Shown here one piece after another: positions 26,653-34,450 of a stretch of DNA of 37,997 bases. The DNA lies in NCBI GenBank assembly GCA_937934465.1, contig CALGZO010000289.1:1-37997 (forward strand). The letters are read 5' to 3'. How positions within the stretch are numbered: the stretch's first letter is position 1; every line of letters starts with the position of its first letter. The position numbers and the translations under genes are program-made. The stretch comes from an uncultured Fimbriimonadales bacterium. Lineage in GTDB: Bacteria > Armatimonadota > Fimbriimonadia > Fimbriimonadales > GBS-DC. A model generated the notes under the pieces. That model was not told where the DNA came from. It did not search any database and saw only the letters and a program-made list of their open reading frames with translations.

Positions 26653-29214
26653 ATGAAGCGAGCGATGATTCTACTGGGAGTTCTGACAGGGCTGCTGACA
26701 GCAGCGATGGCGTATGGAACGGAGAAGCGACTGCCCGTGCCTGCTCCGGGCGTCGCTGAGGCGGTGATTGCCACTGTAAACGACCTGCCGAGCGGACCGA
26801 AAGCCGACGGGCGCGCGGGCGACTATGTGCTGCGCAATCATCGCGCGACCTTCGTGATAGCAGGGATTCGTCCAACGCACGGCTACGGACGCTTCGGCGG
26901 TAGGCTCGTCGACGCCGTGTTGAACGAGGACGGACGCCGAAGCGACTTTTTAGGCGAGTGGTTCTACGGAATCGCCGATGCGCGCGGGCTGTTGGCGACG
27001 CGCACTATGCGCCCTGAGCGTATCGATATCGTCTCGGCGGGCGGCGCGGGCAAACCTGCTGTGGTGCGCGTGCAGATGGTCGACGAACGCCTGCCCCTGA
27101 TTGACCAGATTACTCGCATACCCACTCAGCCGATGGGCGCGCGCGTGACGATTACCTACACGCTCGAACCCGATAGCCCCACGCTGCTGATGGAGGCGAC
27201 CCTACAAAACCCAAGCGACCGAGCGCAAGCCTACACACTAATGATTGGCTGGATTCAAGACGACGGCATGCAGATGTATATGCCGCCGTTTGGGCACGCG
27301 AAGGCGGCGCAGGGCGCGTCGGCGGGCGCGGGCATGATGGCGTTAGTGAATACCTTGCGCGGCGCGATTCCCTACGCGGCGGCGGTAAATCATCAGCTCA
27401 GCTACGGGTTCTACCCCATCGCCGAGCAGTTGCCGATGGTGCAGAAGGCGCAAGATATCTATATTTTGTATCTATTGAATAATGCTTCTACGGAGCCGCG
27501 CGGGAGCGTAAGCGTGCGTTGGGCGCTCACGGTTGGGAGAGGCGAAACGGAGACCGTTCGCGCCGAGCGCAACCGCCTGTTGGGGTTGAACCCTGAGACG
27601 ACGCTCGCTGCGGGCGTGGTGCGCAACGCCGACGGCGCGCCTCTCGCCGACGCCCGCGTCTACCTGTTCCAGACCAACGGCGAGCGCGAGCAGTTCGTCA
27701 CGGTCGTGCGCACGGATGCGTCGGGGCGGTTCCAAGCGCAGCTCGCGCAGGGCGAGTATCGCGCGATGGCGTTTGCCGACCACCACACGCCTCAGGAGTT
27801 CCGCTTCAGCGCGCCTGTGAGCGCGATGCCGACGGTCAGCCTGCCCGCGCCTGCGCAACTGCGCCTGCGCGCCACAGATGATAACAACAAACCGATGCCC
27901 GCCGCCGTCGTGTTCGAGCGGCTCGACGCGCCCCGCGCGAACGCTGAACGCCTGCTCTATGGCGAGGAGGGCAACTTCGGACGCTGGAACCGTGTCCACT
28001 ACAGCCTCACTGGCGACGAGACGCTACTCGTGGAACCCGGACGCTACCGCATTACGGTAACGCGCGGCTTCGAGTATGAGATTGCGCAGCGCGAGTTCGA
28101 CCTGCAATCGGGCGCAATCGCCGAGTTCAACGCCCAACTTGCCCACACCGCGCCCCTGAACGGCTATCTGTCGGGCGATTTCCACCTGCACACCCTCACC
28201 TCGCCCGATTCGTTCGACTTCTTCGAGGATAAAATCGCCTCCTATGTGGCGATGGATGTGCATATCATGGTGAACACCGACCACGACTACCATGTAGACC
28301 TTGAGCCGACCGTGCGCGCGATGGGGCAACGCAACCGCTTGGCGACGATTGTCGGCAACGAGATTACACCGATGAGCGCGATTGGGCACTTCAACGCCTT
28401 TCCGCAGCGCTACGACCCCAACGCTTGGAACAACGGCGCTATCGAGTGGTACGACCTCAAGGCAGGCGAAATCTTTGCACGGGCGCGTCGGAACTACGCT
28501 CGCGACTCAATCGTGATGATTAACCACCCGCGCGCGCCCACGATGGGCTACTTCGCCTATATCGGCTTAGACCCCAAAACGGGCGTCATTCAACGCTCCG
28601 ACGAGCTCAGCGAGGACTTCGACGCCATCGAGGTGATGAACGGCATGAATGTCGCCGCCGCCGAGACCGTGATGCAGGACTGGTTCTACTTCCTGAATCG
28701 GGGGAAGCGCGTGCTGGGCATCGGCACAACCGATAGCCACCATGTGTTCCGTCTGCAGCCGGGCTTGCCGCGCACCTATGTCTACTACGGGCATCGCAAT
28801 CCTGCGCGTGTCACGCCCGACAACTTGGTTGCGCGGTTGCGCAGGGGCGATGTGGTGGTGTCCAGCGGTGCTGTGCTGACGCTGACGGCGGCGGATGCTC
28901 GCAACCCACGCCGCGCCGTGCGCATCGGCGACACGCTCAAACTGCAGAGCGACGCGATTGTGCTGAATGTTGAGGCGCGTGCGGCGTCTTGGGTGCGTAT
29001 GCAATCGCTGCAGGTGATTGTGAACGGCGAGGTCGCGCTGGAGCAGCCGTTGAACCAGCCTGACGGCAAGCCGCTGAACTACAAAGCGACGCTGAGCGTG
29101 CCTGTTTCGGGCGAGAAGGGCTGGCTGATTGTGCGACTTGTGGGCGACAGGTTCACCGCGCTGCTGCCCGACGCGCCGATGGCGTTCACCAACCCCATCT
29201 ACTGGACGCGCTAA
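26653..29214 (+). CDS. Secreted PHP-domain (CehA/McbA-like) metallohydrolase with a CarboxypepD_reg-like insert
   Basis: SD GGAGGG lies before ATG 26653. Signal peptide MKRAMILLGVLTGLLTAAMA. PHP-like metal ligand series: GDFHLHTLTSPDS, VNTDHDYH, MINHP, IEVMNG, GTTDSHH. The beta-sandwich insert reads GVVRNADGAPLADARVYLF...DASGRFQAQLAQGEYRAMA. Confidence 0.75.
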   Translation: MKRAMILLGVLTGLLTAAMAYGTEKRLPVPAPGVAEAVIATVNDLPSGPKADGRAGDYVLRNHRATFVIAGIRPTHGYGRFGGRLVDAVLNEDGRRSDFLGEWFYGIADARGLLATRTMRPERIDIVSAGGAGKPAVVRVQMVDERLPLIDQITRIPTQPMGARVTITYTLEPDSPTLLMEATLQNPSDRAQAYTLMIGWIQDDGMQMYMPPFGHAKAAQGASAGAGMMALVNTLRGAIPYAAAVNHQLSYGFYPIAEQLPMVQKAQDIYILYLLNNASTEPRGSVSVRWALTVGRGETETVRAERNRLLGLNPETTLAAGVVRNADGAPLADARVYLFQTNGEREQFVTVVRTDASGRFQAQLAQGEYRAMAFADHHTPQEFRFSAPVSAMPTVSLPAPAQLRLRATDDNNKPMPAAVVFERLDAPRANAERLLYGEEGNFGRWNRVHYSLTGDETLLVEPGRYRITVTRGFEYEIAQREFDLQSGAIAEFNAQLAHTAPLNGYLSGDFHLHTLTSPDSFDFFEDKIASYVAMDVHIMVNTDHDYHVDLEPTVRAMGQRNRLATIVGNEITPMSAIGHFNAFPQRYDPNAWNNGAIEWYDLKAGEIFARARRNYARDSIVMINHPRAPTMGYFAYIGLDPKTGVIQRSDELSEDFDAIEVMNGMNVAAAETVMQDWFYFLNRGKRVLGIGTTDSHHVFRLQPGLPRTYVYYGHRNPARVTPDNLVARLRRGDVVVSSGAVLTLTAADARNPRRAVRIGDTLKLQSDAIVLNVEARAASWVRMQSLQVIVNGEVALEQPLNQPDGKPLNYKATLSVPVSGEKGWLIVRLVGDRFTALLPDAPMAFTNPIYWTR

Positions 29215-29221
29215 TCACAAA

Positions 29222-29247
29222 CGCCCCGCCCATCGTCGGGCGGGGCG
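29222..29247. terminator. Bidirectional GC-rich hairpin between convergent genes
   Basis: CGCCCCGCCC-atcgtc-GGGCGGGGCG, a 10-bp perfect stem. A T-rich run (TTTGTGATT) follows on the minus-strand reading. On the plus strand only a weak 'cagcttt' follows. Confidence 0.6.
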
Positions 29248-29291
29248 CAGCTTTAGACAGCGTCGCTTAGAACAGTCCAATCAGTACAATC

Positions 29292-29984
29292 TCAGTGCTT
29301 TGCGCGTCGGCGCAGCAGCAGCCCCGCCAACCCCGCGCTCAGCGCCAGCATGCTCGCAGGCTCTGGCACCCAATCCTGCTCCACGAACTGCAGCGAGGCG
29401 ACTGATGTGCCAGGAGCGCGAGCGCCGTCGATATGCACGATGAAGGTCTCAATCACCTGCACATTCGCAGAGGGCCGAGCTAGCGGAACATAAAAACTCG
29501 ATGCGATGGCTCTATCTGAACCGCCCGAGTAGCCTGATCCGCTGAACATCCCGCCGCCGTTGTAGAGGATCTGGCTTGTGTTCAGGTCAACCACCTTCTT
29601 GCTCCAGATGATTTGCCCCATTTCGTACACAAAGCCGTTAATCACGAAGTTAAATCCGAGCAGGGGCGTGCTGCCAGTGATGGTGTAAGCCGCTGTGTAA
29701 GTGCCGCCCGTGAAGGAAGTGCCGTTGCCAGTGAGAATCGGGTTCGGATTGCCGCTTGCGGTTAGGAAGGTTACTTGCGGCAGTTGGCTCACAAACACCG
29801 TAGCAGGCGAGTTCAAGGGTCCGACATTGTTGATTTGGAATGGCACACTCACTTGCACAGCGGGTTGACTGGGGCGGAACAAAGTGCCCTGACTGGTGGA
29901 CACACTTACCGTCCAGCCACTCGCGAATGCCGCTGAGACCGCTGTAAGGGACAGCGTAATACCGAGTATCTTTAGCCCTTTCAT
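29292..29984 (-). CDS. PEP-CTERM sorting-domain secreted protein
   Basis: Signal peptide MKGLKILGITLSLTAVSAAFA with SD GGAGG. The C-terminal VPEPASMLALSAGLAGLLLRRRAKH is a PEP motif plus TM segment plus basic tail. The gene looks visibly less GC-rich than its neighbours. Confidence 0.85.
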   Translation of the reverse strand: MKGLKILGITLSLTAVSAAFASGWTVSVSTSQGTLFRPSQPAVQVSVPFQINNVGPLNSPATVFVSQLPQVTFLTASGNPNPILTGNGTSFTGGTYTAAYTITGSTPLLGFNFVINGFVYEMGQIIWSKKVVDLNTSQILYNGGGMFSGSGYSGGSDRAIASSFYVPLARPSANVQVIETFIVHIDGARAPGTSVASLQFVEQDWVPEPASMLALSAGLAGLLLRRRAKH

Positions 29985-30025
29985 CCTGTTGTACCTCCAA
30001 GTTAGGATTATTTGAACGCCCTCGA

Positions 30026-30044
30026 CGCGCCATGCCATGGCGCG
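30026..30044. promoter_or_regulatory. 19-nt perfect palindrome in the divergent PEP-CTERM/hisC intergenic region (candidate operator)
   Basis: CGCGCCATG-C-CATGGCGCG, located 117 nt upstream of the hisC ATG and 42 nt upstream of the PEP-CTERM gene start. Confidence 0.3.
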
Positions 30045-30160
30045 CTCGGTAGGATTCGGCGTCCACCTTAAAAGACTCAAAAAACCCCGAAAAACGGACA
30101 GGTTTTGTCAGGATTTCGAGCCGATTCGCAGCAGTTGGGGGTGTAGGGTACAATCTGTGT

Positions 30161-31255
30161 ATGCCTGTTCACGCGCGCGAGCATGTCTATCAGATGTCGC
30201 CCTATCGCCCCGGCAAGACGCCTGAGCAGCTGATGACAGAGCTGGGGTTAAGCGAGTTGATTAAGCTCTCGGCGAACGAGAACCCGCTGGGCGCGTCGCC
30301 GCGCGCGCTTCAGGCAATCGTGCAGCACCTCAACATCATCCACCGCTACCCCGACGGCAACTGCACGGCGTTGCGCGATGCGCTCAGCGAGTTTCACGCG
30401 CTGCCGCCCGACCACTTCGCCTTCGGCAACGGCTCCGACGAGCTCATCCATCTGTTCGGGATCGCTTACTTAGAGCCGAGCGACGAGTTGATAATGGCGC
30501 ACCCATCGTTTGTGCGCTACGAGGCGTCGGCGCAGCTCAACCAATCGACGCTCAAGAAGATTCCACTCACACCCGACTTCCGCCACGACCTCCCAGCGAT
30601 GGCGAACGCCATCACCGAGCGCACGAAACTGGTCTACATCGCCAACCCCAACAATCCGACTGGCACAATCGTCTTTCGGAGCGAGCTGGAGCGTTTTCTG
30701 GAGCGTGCGCCCGACCATGTGTTGGTGATTTTAGACGAAGCGTATTATGAGTATGTTGACCACGCCGACTATCCGAGCGGGTTGGACTATGTGCGTTCGG
30801 GGCGGAATGTGGCGGTGTTGCGCACTTTCTCGAAGGCGTATGGCTTGGCAGGGTTGCGGGTGGGCTACGCCGTCGCGCGCCCTGAAGTGTTAGACCCGAT
30901 AGAGCGCGTGCGCGAGCCTTTTAATGTGAACACGCTGGCGCAGGTTGCCGCCGCCGCCGCGCTGGACGACACGGAACATCTGGAGCGCACGCGGGCGTTC
31001 AACCGTGCAGGGTTGGAATATCTGCAATCGGCGTGTGAGCGACTGGGGCTGCGCACGATACCCTCGCACGCGAACTTTCTCCTGATAGAGGTAGGCTGCC
31101 AGTGTGCGCGTCTACAGCAGCGGTTGCTGCAGCGGGGCGTGCTGGTGCGCACAGGCGAGGCGTTCGGCATGCCGACCTATCTGCGCGTGAACACAGGCTC
31201 GCCTGAGCAGAACGAACAGTTTATCGAGGCGTTGCAAGATGCGCTCCGTGAATGA
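30161..31255 (+). CDS. hisC: Histidinol-phosphate aminotransferase
   Basis: YRPGK, LSANENPLG, IANPNNPTG, DEAYYEY and TFSKAYGLAGLRVGY (PLP lysine). TACAAT at 30149-30154 ends 6 nt before the ATG and there is no SD, so the transcript is possibly leaderless. Confidence 0.93.
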   Translation: MPVHAREHVYQMSPYRPGKTPEQLMTELGLSELIKLSANENPLGASPRALQAIVQHLNIIHRYPDGNCTALRDALSEFHALPPDHFAFGNGSDELIHLFGIAYLEPSDELIMAHPSFVRYEASAQLNQSTLKKIPLTPDFRHDLPAMANAITERTKLVYIANPNNPTGTIVFRSELERFLERAPDHVLVILDEAYYEYVDHADYPSGLDYVRSGRNVAVLRTFSKAYGLAGLRVGYAVARPEVLDPIERVREPFNVNTLAQVAAAAALDDTEHLERTRAFNRAGLEYLQSACERLGLRTIPSHANFLLIEVGCQCARLQQRLLQRGVLVRTGEAFGMPTYLRVNTGSPEQNEQFIEALQDALRE

Positions 31256-31904
31256 GCCTGCGCGTGATGCCAGTAGCAGGGCTTCCAAGCTGCTGGTGAT
31301 GGGGCTATTCGTCGCGCCAGTGGTCTTGACCGTGTTGGTGTTGGCGTCGCCGTGGTTTCGCAGCGTGCGCGCGGCGCAAATCCAGCGCAACGAGCAGTTG
31401 CTGCAGGCGGTGGAATCGGGCGAGATTGAGCAGGTGCGGCGCGTGCTGACAGGCGGCGCAGTGGTGAACGCCCGCACACGCTCAGGGCTAACCGCGCTAA
31501 GCATCGCCGTAATCCGCGGCTACGACGACATCGCCTTGCTGCTGATTGCGAAAGGCGCAAGTTTGGACGCGCGCGATAAGTCGGGCGACCGCGAGAACCG
31601 CACCCCAGGCAACTCGCCAGTGCATTACGCGGCAATCTACGGCAGGACGCGCGTGCTGCAGGCGATGCTCGACAAGGGCGTCTCACCCAACTTGCGCGAC
31701 CGCAACGGACGCACCTTGCTCATGATGGCAGCTGAGAACGGGCATGTGGACACGGTTCGGATGTTACTACAACGCGGGGCTAACCCAAGCGCTCAGAGCG
31801 CACTGGGCGACACAGCGCTGGACGCCGCCAAGCGCAGCGGCGACCCTGAAATCCTGCGCTTAATCCAGAAGCACCTGAAAGCTACGAAGGCTCCTGACCA
31901 CTGA
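31239..31904 (+). CDS. Membrane-anchored ankyrin-repeat protein
   Basis: N-terminal TM segment LLVMGLFVAPVVLTVLVLA. At least four ANK repeats follow: GLTALSIAVIRGYDDIALLLIAKGASLDARD, SPVHYAAIYGRTRVLQAMLDKGVSPN, RTLLMMAAENGHVDTVRMLLQRGANP and DTALDAAKRSGD. The start overlaps the hisC end by 17 nt; an alternative ATG lies at 31299. Confidence 0.8.
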   Translation: MRSVNEPARDASSRASKLLVMGLFVAPVVLTVLVLASPWFRSVRAAQIQRNEQLLQAVESGEIEQVRRVLTGGAVVNARTRSGLTALSIAVIRGYDDIALLLIAKGASLDARDKSGDRENRTPGNSPVHYAAIYGRTRVLQAMLDKGVSPNLRDRNGRTLLMMAAENGHVDTVRMLLQRGANPSAQSALGDTALDAAKRSGDPEILRLIQKHLKATKAPDH

Positions 31905-32994
31905 TAAGCGCGTTCAGTTTCTGCTCAAACGCATCCAGACTGCCGCTGCGGAGCGCTTCCTGCTGAAGCGAGAGCAGCAGGTCGTATTGACGAACCTTCT
32001 GAATGCGTTCGATAAGGGATGCGGGCACTCCGCCGTAAAGAGTCTGCAGCGAGGTTAGTATAACGGTCTGTAGCGTGGCTATGCGTCCCTCGTTGAAGCC
32101 TTCAGCGCGTCCTTCGGCGCGTCCCTCGTTGAAGCCTTCAGCGCGTCCTTCAGCGCGTCCTTCCTCATAGCCTTCGACATACTGCTTGCGTAGCTCGCGC
32201 TCCATAAACGAGGGCATCACTCGGATGCCATGTTCGCGCTTGATCTGCTCCAGCATCTGCTGGAATTCCTGTTCCATCTGTTCTGAGAGTTGCATAATCC
32301 ACTCCAGTAGTCCCAAAATCTCGCTGACCTGCTGATCATTATACCCGCGCTCTATAGCGAGTCTGGCAAGCTCTAAGCGCGCTTGCAGGCGCAGGGACTG
32401 CTTCCGTCGCGTCAGGATGGCGCGTTTAAACGCTACCAAAATCAACCCTGCTGGGCTGCCATCTTCCAGTAGCTGCGTCTCATCCAAATCCAGCACCTTA
32501 ATCGTGTTGAACTCGAACACGACACGAGACTTGCCGATACCGCGTTCGTACCTCGAAGGTCGCCACTTAGGGCTCGAGTCTGCCAAGATAGCCAGCGTCA
32601 GAACCGTTCGGCGATAGCGTAGCCAAATCGCCGCGTTGTAGGCGTACAGCCGCTCCTCAAAGTTCGGGTCGGGCTTGGACTGTATCTCGATGTGGATTAA
32701 AATCCACAGTTCCTTGCCGTTTTTGAGGTAGACCTTGATAAGTTTGTCGACAATTTGCCGCCCTGTGACGCTGCGCGGCGCGATTTGCTGGAGCTCCGTG
32801 TCCAGATACTCCACGCCACGATCCCAGTCCAAAAGGTTGCCCAGTTCTTTGTCGACTATCTCGATGAGATAACGCACATGGTCAGGCGTCTCGACATACA
32901 GTTTCCACGCTGTATCGTAGCGCGGTACCAATGCACTGATAGCAACATTTCGCATAGTGACGGATGTTCGGCGAATGGGGACGATTTCCTGCAA
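31882..32994 (-). CDS. Rpn/YhgA-like PD-(D/E)XK nuclease ('putative transposase') with a DUF4351-like C-terminus
   Basis: N-terminal YDTAWK corresponds to the Rpn HD..FK motif. D-KLIKV...WILIHIEIQS corresponds to the Rpn D...vEhQS nuclease core. A Glu/Gly repeat region (EGRAEGRAEGFN x2) is followed by a helical tail, LQTLYGGVPASLIERIQKV...LLSLQQEAL. An alternative start lies at 32955. GC is visibly lower than the surroundings. Confidence 0.65.
   Translation of the reverse strand: MQEIVPIRRTSVTMRNVAISALVPRYDTAWKLYVETPDHVRYLIEIVDKELGNLLDWDRGVEYLDTELQQIAPRSVTGRQIVDKLIKVYLKNGKELWILIHIEIQSKPDPNFEERLYAYNAAIWLRYRRTVLTLAILADSSPKWRPSRYERGIGKSRVVFEFNTIKVLDLDETQLLEDGSPAGLILVAFKRAILTRRKQSLRLQARLELARLAIERGYNDQQVSEILGLLEWIMQLSEQMEQEFQQMLEQIKREHGIRVMPSFMERELRKQYVEGYEEGRAEGRAEGFNEGRAEGRAEGFNEGRIATLQTVILTSLQTLYGGVPASLIERIQKVRQYDLLLSLQQEALRSGSLDAFEQKLNALISGQEPS
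32083..32163. repeat. In-frame 36-bp tandem duplication inside the Rpn-like gene
   Basis: GCGTCCCTCGTTGAAGCCTTCAGCGCGTCCTTC(G/A)GC occurs at 32083 and 32119 with one mismatch, plus a partial third copy. It encodes (EGRAEGRAEGFN)x2. Confidence 0.85.
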
Positions 32995-33003
32995 GTGGAG
33001 TCG

Positions 33004-34368
33004 TCAGACATTATCCAGCATGCGTCCGAGGGGGCGGTTGAGGGCGTCGAGCAGGGCGGCGGCGACGGCGCGGTTCGGGTCTTCACGCATCAGAGCGCTG
33101 CCGACCAGTTCCTGACGGGTCTCGCCACTCTCCCACAACAGGATAGCGTTGACAATCGCGTGTCCTGTTTCGCCTGTGCTTTCCATCACTTGCAGCAGGT
33201 TCACCTGCACTTGGGGCGGCGTGAGGGGGCGCAGGGCGTTCAGCGTCGCTTCAGCGATTAGGCGTTGCGGCTGCGCCTCGCCCTCGGCGGCGCCTTCCAG
33301 CACGCGGCTTTCCGCCTGCAAGTAGACGCGCGCCTTCGCACGCCGTCCTTCGCGTTCGTAGGAGACGCTCTGAATCTTAATCCGCCGTTCAGGGGGCGGC
33401 GCGGTCTCGACCACCGCTTGGATGGGCAACGCCAGCTGCCCGCCTTGCAGGGCGCGCGGCGCAACGCCTTTCATCATCAAGCACTCCTGACTGGCGAGGT
33501 TCACCAAGTTGTCCACTGTCGCAGCGTAATGTACCTGTTCGCGCTCGCGCGTGCGCTTGCCGCCTTGATAGCCGTAGGAGACGGAGATGGACAGCTCCAC
33601 ATCGGGTAGCTGGATGCCTGCAATCTGTCGGCTGAGGTGATGCGCCAACAGTCCCGCTTCTTCACGGCGGCGCAGGGTGGCTATCGCGAACTCGTCGCCG
33701 CCCCACCGACACACCACATCGGTTTGGGGGTCGGTCTCGCTCAGCATCAACTGTGCTACGCGCCGCAGCACCTCATCGCCCACCAAGTGCCCATACCGCT
33801 TATTGAACACGCCGAAATTGTCAAGGTCGAAGAAGATGACGGTAATCTCGTTGCCTTCCGCCAGTCGCTCAATGCTCCACTCGCGCAGGTAATCCGACCA
33901 AGGCAACCCTGTCATGGGGTCGTAGCTCCGTCCGATTTCTGAAAGCAGGTCGTACACACTGATGACGCCGACCAGTCGGTCGCCCTCGATAACAGGCAGC
34001 ATAGACTGACGATGGCGTTGCATCCATTCGGCGACGATGCGCAGAGGCGTTTGCGGCGTGGCGACCATCAAATCGGTGGTCATCACCTCGCGCACAGGTG
34101 TTTGGGGGTCAACTCCCAGAAGCCGCTCCGCTTCCACGATGCCCTGTACTTGCCCACTTTCGTACACAGGCAGCCCCTGAAGCCGATGCCCCCGCATCAA
34201 CACCAGCGCCGTCTCCGCTGTGTGGTCGGGGTTGACCCACACACGGATTGGTTGTATGAGTTGCTGAATCGTTCGCATGAACGGTTCGCGCTCCCCCTTG
34301 AGGCGCTCCGCACGCTCGGCAATCACGATGTAGTCGCCCTCCAACACGCGAAGCGACTTCGGGTTCAT
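33004..34368 (-). CDS. CBS-pair / GGDEF diguanylate cyclase with an uncharacterised C-terminal domain of about 150 aa
   Basis: SD GGAGG lies before ATG 34368. Two CBS-like units (LMRGHRLQGLPVYE..., MQRHRQSMLPVIEGDRLVGVISVYDLL). The GGDEF domain reads FFDLDNFGVFNKRYGH.VGD..L...RWGGDEFAI. I saw no RxxD I-site 5 residues upstream of GGDEF. Confidence 0.85.
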   Translation of the reverse strand: MNPKSLRVLEGDYIVIAERAERLKGEREPFMRTIQQLIQPIRVWVNPDHTAETALVLMRGHRLQGLPVYESGQVQGIVEAERLLGVDPQTPVREVMTTDLMVATPQTPLRIVAEWMQRHRQSMLPVIEGDRLVGVISVYDLLSEIGRSYDPMTGLPWSDYLREWSIERLAEGNEITVIFFDLDNFGVFNKRYGHLVGDEVLRRVAQLMLSETDPQTDVVCRWGGDEFAIATLRRREEAGLLAHHLSRQIAGIQLPDVELSISVSYGYQGGKRTREREQVHYAATVDNLVNLASQECLMMKGVAPRALQGGQLALPIQAVVETAPPPERRIKIQSVSYEREGRRAKARVYLQAESRVLEGAAEGEAQPQRLIAEATLNALRPLTPPQVQVNLLQVMESTGETGHAIVNAILLWESGETRQELVGSALMREDPNRAVAAALLDALNRPLGRMLDNV

Positions 34369-34450
34369 CGCCGCGCCTCCGTTATCCCTTCCACTATAGT
34401 ATACGATAACTCTGTCATTGTTGGATACAGCATAAATACGAGTTTTGTAA

